Shown here: positions 42,020 through 54,500 of the stretch, in pieces
Numbering within the stretch: position 1 is the stretch's first letter
Layout of the letters: each line of letters begins with the position of its first letter
NCBI RefSeq assembly: GCF_963921235.1
Contig: NC_086097.1
Location: 111,850,001-111,914,000 of the forward strand
Length of the DNA: 64,000 nt
Direction: 5' to 3'
Source: Mobula hypostoma
Taxonomy: Eukaryota
Translations under genes and position numbers: made by a program
The notes under the pieces: model-generated
Seen by the model: only the letters and a program-made list of their open reading frames with translations
The model's database searches: none
Told to the model about the DNA's origin: nothing

Positions 42020-42197
42020 GAGATTCGGCAGATGGTGAAAATCCAGCAGGGCAGGAGAGAAGTGAACAGCCGATGTTTTGGGCTAAGACCCTTAACCAGA
42101 AATGATTAAGTGTCATAGCCCCAAATATCGGCTGTTCACTCCCCTCCGTTGATGCTGCCTGACCTGCTGAGTTCCTCCAGCATTTTGTGTGTGTGTT
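42020..42197. mobile_element. Older Penelope-like-derived repeat, inverted pair
   Basis: agtgaacagccgatgttttggg and its inverse ccaaatatcggctgttcact, then the family body. Confidence 0.55.
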
Positions 42198-43204
42198 ACT
42201 TTGAGCTGCGGAGACTAACAGGGCATAGTATGTAAGCTATGGATTATTACCACTGTTGCATGTGGAATGACATAATATTTGGCATTAAGATATTTATGGT
42301 AATGGGATTATGATTTGTTTTATTTTATATGGTCCACATATATATATATCACCTCTGGTGAAGGGGCTTGTCATGTACACCCTGGGGCAGCTCACTCACT
42401 TTTGATCCCCACTGCACACTCATCTTTCACCTGTGACCCCAGGTAGCTGTTTTCCCCACACCCCAGTACACCGCTTTGGCAGGCGGGCTAAACCAGTTGG
42501 GGATAGCCAGCGACCTCATACCCCGGTGAGTTAGGGACGTGCCTGTCCCAGCATGCGAAATTAGATCTGGCGGACTGGGCAGATGAGATCTACAGTGAGA
42601 TCCGACAACCAGGAAGGCGGTACTGCAATGCTCCGTGGAGAGCGAAGGGAATGAGAAGGCACAGAAGAAGTCATGGTCATCCACTGAAGCCAAGGAAGAC
42701 CCCAGTTTGTGATGCTTGTACGTACCACTGGACTTTGACTTCTGAGGTCAAGAGAGTGGAACTGTACAGATGCAACAACTTTTCCACTTCAAAAACTCTC
42801 CCACACAGGTTTCCTGTCATCGTTGCACATGACAGACAACCACCACCACTGTCATATTTTTATATTATATTTTTTATTTTGCTTATTTTCAGAATGTAAC
42901 TATCAGTAGAATGGCCAGGATTTGTCATCCATATCTACCTGCCCTCCTCAAACTGGAGGTGAGCTACTTTTCTGCTTTTACTGCTCTAGCCATCAGGATG
43001 AAGATTCAAGATTGTTTATGGTCATTCTTCAGTACACGAATGTAAAGGAGAGTGAAATGATCGTTACTCTGGATCTGATGCAGCATAAAAAAAACAATAA
43101 GCATAAAGAACACAATAAATATAAACACAACAGATTAACTTATACATGGACTAAATGGATGTACTATGGCAACACCCACTGCCTTGTGGGCAACCTCGGG
43201 AGAG

Positions 43205-45280
43205 ACATAGAAACATAGAAACATAGAAAATAGGTGCAGGAGTAGGCCATTTGTCCCTTCAAGCCTGCACTGCCATTTATTATGATCATGGCTGATCATC
43301 CAACTCAGAACCCTGCACCAGCCTTCCCTCCATACCCCCTGATCCCCGTAGCCACAAAGGCCATATCTAACTCCCTCTTAAATATAGCCAATGAACTGGC
43401 CTCAACTGTTTCCTGTGGCAGAGAATTCCACAGATTCACCACTCTCTGTGTGAAGAAGTTTTTCCTTATCTCAGTCCTAAAAGGCTTCCCCTTTATCCTC
43501 AAACTATGACCCCTCGTTCTGGACTTCCCCAACATCGGGAACAATCTTCCTGCATCTAGCCTGTCCAATCCCTATAGGATTTTATATGGTTCAATAAGAT
43601 CTCCCCTCAATCTTCTAAATTCCAACAAGTATAAGCCTAGTCGATCCAGTCTTTCATCATGTGAAAGTCCTGCCATCCCAGGAATCAATCTGGTGAACCT
43701 TCTTTGTACTCCCTCTATGGCAAGGATGTCTTTCCTCAGATTAGGGGACCAAACCTGCACACAATACTCCAGGTGTGGTCTCACCAAGGCCTTGTACAAC
43801 TGCAGTAGTAACTCCCTGCTCCTGTACTCAAATCCTCTCGCTATAAATGCCAGCATACCATTCGCCTTTTTCACCGCCTGCTGTACCTGCATGCCCACTT
43901 TCAATGACTGGTGTATAATGACACCCAGGTCTCGTTGCACCTCCCCTTTTCCTAATTGGCCACCATTCAGATAATAATCTGTTTTCTTATTTTTGCCACC
44001 AAAGTGGATAACTTCACATTTATCCACATTAAATTGCATCTGCCATGAATTTGCCCATTCACCCAACCTATCCAAGTCACCCTGCATCCTCTTAGCATCC
44101 TCCTCACAGCTAACACTGCCGCCCAGCTTCGTGTCATCCGCAAACTTGGAAATGCTGCATTTAATTCCCTCATCCAAGTCAGTAATATATATTGTAAACA
44201 ACTGGGATCCCAGCACTTAGCCTTGCGGTACCCCACTAGTCACTGCCTGCCATTCTGAAAAGGTCCCGTTTATTCCCACTCTTTGCTTCCTGTCTGCTAA
44301 CCAATTCTCTATCCACATCAATACCTTACCCCCAATACCGTGTGCTTTAAGTTTGCACACTAATCTCCTGTGTAGGACCTTGTCAAAAGCCTTTTGAAAA
44401 TCCAAATATACCACATCCACTGGTTCTCTCCTATCCACTCTACTAGTTACATCCTCAAAAAATTCTATGAGATTCGTCAGACATGATTTTCCTTTCACAA
44501 ATCCAGGCTGACTTTGTCCGATGATTTCACTGCTTTCCAAATGTGCTGTTATCTCATCTTTGATAACTGACTCCAGCAGTTTCCCCACCTCCGATGTTAG
44601 GCTAACCGGTCTATAATTCCCGGGTTTCTCTCTCCCTCCTTTTTTAAAAAGTGGGGTTACATTAGCCACCCTCCAATCCTCAGGAACTAGTCCAGAATCT
44701 AACAAGTTTTGAAAAATTATCACTAATGCATCCACTATTTCTTGGGCTACTTCCTTAAGCACTCTGGGATGCAGACCATCTGGCCCTGGGGATTTATCTG
44801 CCTTTAATCCCTTCAATTTACCTAACACCACTTCCCTACTAACATGTATTTCGCTCAGTTCCTCCATCTCACTGGACCCTCTGTCCCCTATTTCTGGAAG
44901 ATTATGTCCTCCTTAGTGAAGACAGAACCAAAGTAATTATTCAATTGGTCTGCCATGTCCTTGCTCCCCATAATCAATTCACCTGTTTCTGTCTGCAGGG
45001 GACCTACATTTGTCTTTACCAGTGTTTTCCTTTTTACATATCTATAAAAGCTTTTACAGTCAGTTTTTATGTTCCCTGCCAGTTTTCTCTCATAATCTTT
45101 TTTCCCCTTCCTAATTAAGCTGTTTGTCCTCCTCTGCTGAACTCTGAATTTCTCCCAGTCCTCAGGTGAGCCACTTTCTCTGGCTAATTTGTATGCTTCT
45201 TCTTTGGAATTGATACTATCCCTAATTTCTCTTGTCAGCCACGGGTGCACTACCTTCCTTGATTTATTCTTTTGCCAAGG
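43205..45280 (-). mobile_element. Young CR1 LINE, 2.1 kb, 5'-truncated
   Basis: ORFs 44888-45250, 44217-44867, 43572-44216 and 43305-43568 form ORF2 with a few frameshifts/stops; (CTATGTTT)n tail. Confidence 0.95.
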
Positions 45281-46019
45281 CTACGGGACTAAACCCAGAC
45301 AGCAAATCAGGAGTGGAGCCCCTGAGGCAGCTGGAAATCATTGAACATCCTTCCTGCAGCTCCTGTAGCCAAGCTGGTGCCATACTGGTTGCTTCATAAG
45401 CTGTCCTTTGGACTACACTGGTGAGGCCGGGAGGGGGACCTTGCTGACTGGGCATCTCAGGATCTCCTTACCTTCCACCCAGGCTTGTGATGATGATCAT
45501 CACCTGTTGTCCTTTGAGACCGACTGGATGTACATAAAGTGACCCTAGGTACAAGAGTATCTGTATTTAAAGTAACTCTGACAGGAAATGATAACATATT
45601 GGTGATGAGGGGTGTGCTGAGGTGGAAGTGTTGATCAGCCTGATGGCTTGGGGGAAGTAGGCGGTTTTGACTCTGCTAGTTGTGGCATGGATGGTGTGTG
45701 GCCACTTCCCTGATTGGAGTGGGGCAGACGGTCCACAAGCAGAGTTTCCAGGATTTTGACTCTGATAATTAGGGAACAATCATATATTTCCAAACGTACT
45801 ATTTGCTAGAGAGCCTGTGCTACTCCCACACATCCTCCACTTTTCTCTTTCCTACTTTTTTGGGAGGTGATGCTACATTCTTTGGAAGATTTTGAAGATC
45901 TACACTGGTATGTCAGCAGCTTTAAATTCCTGGATATTAACGTATCTGATATCCATAGCCCAGCACATAGATCAAATCACGAGATAAGATTAAGATAATA
46001 ATCTTTTTATTCTGAGGTG

Positions 46020-46310
46020 CCACAGTAAAGTAACATTTAGTGTGACACTTTTAAGCTCGGGGTGTTGGAGTTCAGAGTTCATTTCCGACGTCCTCTGTAA
46101 GGAGTTTATACGTCCTCCTCATGGAATGCATGGGTTTCCTCCGGGTGCTCTGGTTTCCTCCCACAGTCCAAAGATGCATAGTTAGCAAGTTAATTGGTCT
46201 TCATAAACTGTCCCATGATTAGAGTAGGGTTAAGTTGGGAGTTGCTGGTGGTGCAACTCGAAGGGTCGGAAGGGCTTATTCCATGCTGTACCTCTAAATA
46301 AAAAATAAAT
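46020..46310 (+). mobile_element. tRNA-derived SINE
   Basis: Same core as 27655-27925. Confidence 0.6.
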
Positions 46311-47394
46311 AATGAAAGTAAAGAAGGTTTGGCATGTCACCAAACACACTAATAAACTACTACAGATGCGTTGTTAAGTGTTTTGACTGCTTGCATCACG
46401 GTCTGGTATAGCAATTTGAATGTGTAGAGATAGTGGCCTCACAGGCACATCCCTCCCCACCACATAGTCTCTACGTGAGGTACTGCCTCAGGAAGCTGTA
46501 TCTATCATCAAAGATCCCCACCTTCTGGGTTGTAACATCCTCCTGCAGTTGCCCCCAGGCGGGAGCTACAGAATGCTGAAACCCCATACCACCAGGTCGA
46601 GAGCCCTCCAGGAGGACCACAACCTGGTTGTGGTTTGGAAGCTAGTATGCCTCAATGACTTGGAAAGTTATGCTGGCTGGAGCTGGGGCTTTACACTTTG
46701 GCCCTTAGTAGGGTCACCCATGCCGAACAGGTCAAAGGACAGAGGACAGACTTAGAGTGGTCCACCAGTCCAGCATCCTGACTGGTAAAACAAAATTGTT
46801 ATGGAAACAGCACTGAATTGAAATGACTTTATTTCTTACAATCTTCACATACATGAGGAGTAGAAACCTTTTATGTTACATCTCCGTCTGAATGTGCAAA
46901 TTATAGTAATTTGTAATAAATAGTATGTACAGTAAGATATAGAACAGTCAATATATCTTAGAAATTCAATGATGTCAGCGTGAATTAATCAGTCTGATGG
47001 CCTGGTGGAAGAAGCTGTCCCAGAGCTTGTTGGTCCTGGTTTTTATGTTGCAATACAGTTTCCTGGATGGTAGCACCTAAAACAGTTTGTAGTTAGGGTG
47101 ACTTGGTTCCCCAATAATCCTTCAGGCTCTTTTTACACATCCATCGATATAAATGTCCTGAATAGTGGGAAGTTCACATCTTTCTACATCTGAGTGTGAC
47201 GGTATTCCTAAGTCTCCACCTGGAATTTGCATGACTGAAAGTAGGAGAAACTGATCTGCTGACACGATGAAAGAAGCCCTGAATACTGTCAGAGATGGAG
47301 GACCTTCATCCCTACCCTAAATACCAGCAGAGAAAGAGATCAAGGACAGCTACCTTGCTTCATCCATTCAGTTCTTGAATTGACCAGTTCAGTA

Positions 47395-47670
47395 GTGTAG
47401 CAGTTAGTGTAATGCTTTACAGCACCAGCTGTAAAAAATAATAGGGTTTTATTCTGCTGCTGTCTGTAAGGGAACATTCTCCCCATGACCACATGGGTTT
47501 TCTCCGGATGCTCCAGTTCGTGAGTTATGGGCATATTATGTTGGCACCAGAAGTATGGCAACACTTGCAGGCTGCCCAGGACAATCCTTGCTGACTTGAT
47601 TTGATGAGAATGTTGCATTTCACTGTATGTTTTGATGTACATGTGACAAATAAAGCTAAATACTATCTTA
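47395..47670 (+). mobile_element. tRNA-derived SINE variant
   Basis: gtgtagcagttagtgtaatgctttacagc...ctgctgtctgtaaggg...ccccatgaccacatgggttt. Confidence 0.55.
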
Positions 47671-48339
47671 TTAATCACATCTTCAGTACAGCAACACTTT
47701 GCACTGCAATGGACACTTCTTTGTTCTTATTGTTGCAATTTTGTAAAATTGTGCATAATATTTAATCTGATTATCGTCCGAATGTTGTGTCTCTGATGCC
47801 ATTTGCCTACACTGCTGCATGTAAGTTTTTCATTGCACCTGTGCAAACATGTTCTTGAGTATATAACAATAAACATAAATCTGAGATGGTACAAACTACT
47901 GCTATTGATAGTGTTGGATTCTGCTCTTTAAATCCAAGGCTCTTTTAGAAGTCAGGAATGAGACATAAAACTTGCTTATTCGCGATCATTTTATTGAGTT
48001 GACAGAACAAAAGGAATCTGAAACAAGCAGGGACAGAAGTCTACTATTTGAAGAAAGGAAACTAAAGAAAAGAGAAAGATGGTGCTTAGCACAAAACAGC
48101 TACTTTTATACCCAGTGTTAAGAAAATTCCAATGGGGAATAAGTGTTTTCCCCATTGATTAACTTTTTACTACAGTACTGTATTCTTTCAATAATCCAAG
48201 AACACTTATTTGATATTGTAGAAAAAAGTTAATGAATGGGGTAAATATTTATTCACTTAATGCTGTACAAAGCTTCCAGAATTATGTTGTATAGCCACTA
48301 GAGGCATATTGGAATTATCAGGTGTATGCACTTGGTATT

Positions 48340-49170
48340 TATTTTATTTCTTCTCATGCTGCCTTTTCTGCAATTTCATCTTCATTTCATAGAAACATAG
48401 AAACATAGAAAATAGGTGCAGGAGTAGGCCATTCGGCCCTTCGAGCCTGCACTGCCATTTATTATGATCATGGCTGATCATCCAACTCAGAACCCCGCCC
48501 CAGCCTTCCCTCCATACCCCCTGATCCCCATAGCCACAAGGGCCATATCTAACTCCCTCTTAAATATAGCCAATGAACTGGCCTCAACAGTTTCCATTGT
48601 AGTCATTTTGAAGTAACTTTTACATTTTAGTATGGCAACCTCTGATGTCAATTGTATAACATTCACAAGTTCTCTTGCCAGTTCACCACTCCTGATTGGG
48701 GATCCTACAGACGTAAGAACTCCTCTTTGTCTCCATAGGTTTCCAAAGTCACAAACAGCTCCAAAACTATATCAGTGTCGATATTAGCTGAACTTCCTTC
48801 TGCCAACTTACGGGCTTCAATCAAAGCTTTCAGTTCTGTCTGTTGTACAGAGAAGCCAGGCTTCCTGATGCCAGTACTTTGGTTTCAGAAACAACCATCT
48901 GAATCTCTTCTTCAAACATTGAGGAGTCGTCAGTGTATACAATCTAATCATTGGCAGAGTAGTAACCTACAAGATGCTGTTGGTCTCCATGTTCTTGAAT
49001 TAAGACTACTAACATGTGTTTCTCATTGGCATACAGGATGAATTGTCCAGCCGTATCAGGGATTCTTAATGCAGGTGCATTACACAATGTCTTGTTTAAA
49101 GTTTAAAACACTTTCTGTTGCTCTTCATTAAGAGTCACAGGGTCTTCTGAGCACTTCAGATTGTTGAGCA
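48340..49170 (-). pseudogene. Retroviral tether and RNase H remnant
   Basis: Hand translation: LCNAPALRIPDTAGQFILYANE...LIQEHGDQQHLVGYYS; YTDDSS; SVQQTELKALIEARKLAEGSSANIDTD; YSFGAVCDFGNLWRQRGVLTSVGSPI...EVAILKCK. Confidence 0.8.
48388..48594 (-). mobile_element. Young CR1 3' end inserted in the old ERV RNase H
   Basis: Near-identical to 38559-38765. Confidence 0.9.
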
Positions 49171-50300
49171 ATAGTCGATTGATCTGCTACTAGCTTGTCA
49201 ATGTATTAATTAGCAAGAGTTTCATCTGACATAGCTGTCAATCTTTTTCTTTCAAAACTGTCATTCTCACCTGAGTCGCTACAGGCTGCTAGAGTCCATG
49301 TCAGGTCCACATTGTAATTCCTCCGAGTTCGTATCGAGTCTCTGTTCCTGGAGTCCTGTCATTCTTCTGCGTTTGAATGGTGGCGGTGTATAAGAAGATT
49401 GTCCGATGTGAGCTGTAATTCCATGGGTGGAGTTTAAGAAGTAGGTGTTTTCTCAGGGTGAAGCACTAGCAGCTGTGTCACTTAAAGCATTAGGACCGCC
49501 CACTCAAAGTCGTGGTGGTACTTTTTCATTTACTTTGAAACTTCATACAATGCATATCAATTGAACTACAGTGTTCTTTCACTCGTTCAGTTAATGTAAA
49601 GATTTGCTCTTGAAACTTTTCACCCTATCATGCTGTTTTTGTAGTTTACCACATATTTTGTATTTCTTTTGATTTGTAAGACTTTACTCGCCTCATTAAC
49701 TCTTAAAATCCCTTACGAATTTGATCAAACTGACTATGTGGTATTACCTCTAACTAAGTAGCAGCTATTCCCTTGAACTTAATAAACTGGGCATTGTTGG
49801 TTTTATGGCGGATATGTGGTCCATAATGACAGACCAGGAAGTTTGTTATCTCAACAACTGTTTTATTGTGATGAACTGCAAAGACCTGGCACCATGACCC
49901 AGAGTGTGAACCCAACCAGTCTTACACAGACGGGGGAGGTGACCACCACACACCCCGGTTACAGTTAGGGTGACCCACAAATAACCCAAGATAAAATGTA
50001 ACAATAAATGAACTGGAACTTCCGCCCCTCATAATCCCACAAAAGCATTTTAACACAAGAACAACAAACAGTACTGGTTATTAGAAATAAAGGGGTGGGC
50101 TGTTGACCACACACCGCCAGGGTGTCACACTGCCTCTACCCGATGGGTCAGTCGTTCCCGCCAACCTCAGAGTCTATAACAAAGTCCAAAAGTCCCGATG
50201 GGCGTCGACACTGCCACCTGTTTGCGTGAGGCAAGAGGCAGGACACCCAGAGTATCATTTCCTTACTTCAGCCTCGCTGAGTTAGTGATGGCCAAGGGCT

Positions 50301-50870
50301 TGTTGTAGCGTGGATGAAATCACTGGAGAGACAGGGATACTGGTAGATACAAAGCAGCTTCTTTGTTCGACACAACAAGGTACAGCAGGTATCATATGGA
50401 TGGAGACGCTTTCGGTAGAAAGGTCTGCTAAGCCCAATGTGGGCTCGATATTTATATGCTAAACACAAAAGGCAATCACTACTTACAAAGTTATAGACAA
50501 TGCATGGACAATGCTTCCTTTTGAAGCTACATACAAACATCATACCTTCTGACTTCATTCTTTCCTCCTGACGCCAACATGTCTGGGTTGGTACTCACAG
50601 CCTTTAGGAATGCAAGTTAAATCCACAATACATTTATTTGGTATTTTCCATGCTAACATAGAGGACAATTAATATTTATAAAGTATAGATAATACTGTCT
50701 TCAAAACTACAACATCTGGTCAAACTACAGCGTCAACAGCATCTAGTATTCACAGCTTTTAGGAAATGCATTGTTGTGAACTCAATCCACAGAACTTTGT
50801 CAAACAGAAGACTGGTGACCAGAGTCATTTAAGTATAAATTAATCATCTACCCAAAAACGCACTCTAACA
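50301..50870 (-). repeat. 3' LTR of the inner provirus
   Basis: TG...CA termini; about 30 differences from 57274-57844 by eye; PPT GGAGGAGGGAC at 50871-50881. Confidence 0.95.
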
Positions 50871-51504
50871 GTCCCTCCTCCTGGCCCTCCTGGACAAAAA
50901 TTAAATTTGTACCAGGAAAGGCCAGCCTAGGAGGATCTGCTCAAATCGGACACCAAAAATGGCCTGTCTCGAAATTTCCCCCCTCCCCCCAATTTTATGT
51001 ACCTCGATATCTATCCTAGCATTCCCTAATCGCTACCTACCAAATGTTAAGCGGAGAGGCTGTTCCAAGTCCTTAGAAAATGCAGCTCCTTTCGTGTGCC
51101 TGTCCGCTCTTTCCCTGCAGGCTGACTGCAGCTTAATCGCATTCCTTTGTCTTCATCCCTTTATCCTCTGGTCGCTAAAATCTTATCGCTGTACAGGATG
51201 AGTGGCCTCTACATAAATGTCTGCAAGGACCTTCCCCCAGTGGCACCCCCTTCCAAACTGTCCGGTCAATCACTGGCCCAACTGCTGAAAGGGCCCACCT
51301 CCTTAGACTGGGGTGACTGCTTCCAGATGCCGTGTGCAGTCTGAAATGCCATCGAAGTGGTGGAACTTGCTGTCTCGGCTTTAACTCAAACATCCCTCCC
51401 CATCTATTTCCCAATAAATCTCTATACTGTGCTATAAAACTAATCATCTGCCTTCAGCAACCAGCCTTCTTTACAGAGTACCATCATCATCACACCTTAG
51501 CAGG

Positions 51505-54500
51505 CTATTCATGGTTTTCCAACACGTTCTCTGTGTCTTCTGCCACGCTCTCAGCGTTTTCTGCCTTTGCGTTTTCTCCGGGTATGTTTTCATCAGCTGT
51601 GGTCAGGTCTGGCATGGCCAGCTGATGTTCCTCTCTTAGGTTCTCTGTAATTATATGGTTACTGGGTACACTTGGTTCCCCGCTCTGTCTGTGGGAGCAA
51701 CAAGAGAGTGAGTCGTATGTTTTAATCTGGTTCCAGTGTTTCCACTGGCTGCCTCGCCGAGTCTGTACGCAGACACACATATCATTGGTTAAGAGTACCG
51801 TTTGTGGTCCTATCCACCCGGGGGTAAACGCCGGCCTTTCTGGCAGCACCCTCACCATAACCTGCTCGCCGGGCTGTGGAAGGACTATCCCCTTTCCCTC
51901 TGACTCTCTCTGATCAGCGATTCACTGCTGTTGTTTCGCTCGGTCCTTCAACACTTTAAATTGGTTACAAAGGTCTTTCACATATTGGGTCATTCTATCC
52001 CTGTAAGCCCCAGGCTCCCCACAACCCATAATTACCCCATAGGGGAGTCGCATTGCTCGCCCCATCAATAATTCGTAGGGGTTGAGACCCAAACTGTGAT
52101 TCGGGCTTGCGCACAATCTCATCAGGATTCCTGGTAATACATCAACCCATGTCTTTCCAGTCTCACCTATAGCTTTGGCTAACGCATTCTTGATTGTTCG
52201 GTTCATCCTTTCTCCCATCCCTGAACTCTGGGGGTGTAGGGTACATGGAACCGTTGTTGAATCCCTAGCAGTCGACACATTTCCTTCATCACTTTCCCCG
52301 TGAAATGTGCTCCCTGATCTGAATCCACCTGAACTGGGGTTCCCCACCTTGGGAGGATTTCCTGAACTAGGATCCATGCAGCGGTGCGGGAGGTGCAGTC
52401 CCTTGTTGGGAAAGACTCCACCCACCGGGTGAAGTGATCCATAATTCCTAAACGGTAACTTTCCCCCCTGCTTTCTGGCAGGGGCCCTGTGAAGTCTATC
52501 TGGATGTTTTCCCAGGGTCCCCTCGGCCGAGGCTGATTTGCCAGCTGTAGCTTTCTGCCCTTACCAGAGTTATGCTGGGCACAAATGATACAACGGCGGC
52601 AGAATTTCTCAACATCCCCGCCCATCTCTGGCCATCACCAGTCCTGCCGGAGGGCTGTGATCATGCTCTGCCTTCCCTGATGCATCACCCCATGGTATAA
52701 CTATAGTAGTATCTGTCTAATGCAGGGTGAGGCCACCATGACTCTTTCCTCCCCGTGTGTCCAGCACCCGTCTGGTTCCTCCTTTGCTTCTTTTCTCTTC
52801 CATTGTTCCTTCTTTTTCTGCCTCTACCTCTTCATATAATTTTACTAAGCTGGCTTCTGTCGTTTCCTCCTGCACACTTGCAATTTCAATTGCCTCTTGT
52901 TCCTCTGCTGCCTTCTTCGCAGCAACATCTGCCCACTCATTTCCCTTCTGTTTCATGCTCTGACCCTTCTCACCTTAATCACTACCACCTCTTTTGGCAG
53001 GCTCACTGCTTCCAGTAGCTGTCGTATTTGGTGCCCATGCTGAATATTAGCACCTGTTGAAGTTATGAATCCTCGTCGTGCCCAAGCCATTAGGTGATCA
53101 TGCACCACCCCGAATGCATACCGGCTGTCGGTATATATATTTACCCATCTGCCCTCACTGCAGCGTAGAGCTTCTATCAGAGCGGCCAGTTCTGCTACCT
53201 GAGTTGAGCAACCCCCTGGCAGTTCACCTGTTTCCTTTGCCACGGCCCACCCAGTTCGTGGTTTCCCATCTATGTACCTCCTAGACCCATCTATAACGAT
53301 TTCATCTGCTATTCCTTCCAGAGGTGTTTCTTTCACACTGATATCTTCTTCCTTGACAATTTCTATTTGGCACTCACGTGTTTCTCCGTCTGTTAGGATG
53401 GTGCTCGTGGGATCCTCCCCCGTGTCTCTAACTATAGTTACTGATTTGTCCTTTAGAATGAGAACTGCCTCCCAAGCTGCTCTTCGGCTATCGGTGACTG
53501 CCCTCAGCCTTTCCGTGTTCAGGAGCTCTACAATGGTATGGGGTGTGTGTAGGATCAGTTGCCCCATCATCACAACTGGTTCGCTTACTCGCACAGCCCA
53601 CGCGGCGCAGTCCAAAGCTGCAACACAGTGGGGGAGTCCTGCTGCAGCCGGGTCCTGTTTCGTACAGTAATAGTCCCATGGTCCTGCACCACTACCGTGT
53701 TGTAGTACCCTCCCTCGTTACTACAGTATAGGTGAAAGGGGTGAGCTGTATCTGGTAACCCTAACACGGGTGCGGGAACCAGCGCTTTCTTGATTTCTGT
53801 AAAGGCCTTTTCCTCTTCTGACCCCCACTTTACTTCTTCCAGAGGGGGCTTTCCTCCTTTAATCAAGGCCACTAGTGCTGAGAATCCCGGTATAAAATTT
53901 CGGCAGTAGTTACTCAAACCCATCACCTTCCTCACTCCCCTTACGTTGACTGGGCAGGGCATGGAGCTGATTGCCCAGCGTCTGTCATCTGACATGTCCT
54001 TCCTCCCTTGGGAAATGGTGTAGCCCAGGTACTGTATGGTTTGTTTGCCCAGCTGAGCCTTGTGTGGACTGATTTTAAACCCTTCATCCTGTAGTACCTC
54101 TAAAACACTGGCCATCACTCCTAAATGGCCTGCTTCATCTTCCGAAACAACGAGTAGATTATCTACATATTGTAAAATGGTCGTCCGGTAGGGCATTAAA
54201 TTGAGCTTTTCCAAAGTCTGCGCCATGACCTTATGAAAAATAGCAGGGCTATTGTGGAATCCCTGGGGGAGTCTGGTCCACGTATACCGCCGCCCACCCA
54301 GGGTGAAGGCTAATTGGTCTTGGGATTCAGGTGCTAAGGGGAGCCCCTAAAACCCATTAGTGATATACAGGACTGAAAAAAATTTATGTCCTGGAGACAG
54401 GCCATTCAGGATTGTTGCAGGGCTCGCCACGATGGGATGCAATCTGGGTGTGGTCTTATTAAGGGCGGTATAGTCTATTGTTAACTGATATGATCCATCG

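Noticed and set aside
50882..51504. env or accessory gene after integrase
   Set aside because: Only a 90-aa minus-strand ORF with no signal peptide, cleavage site or TM; the other frame examined has many stops.
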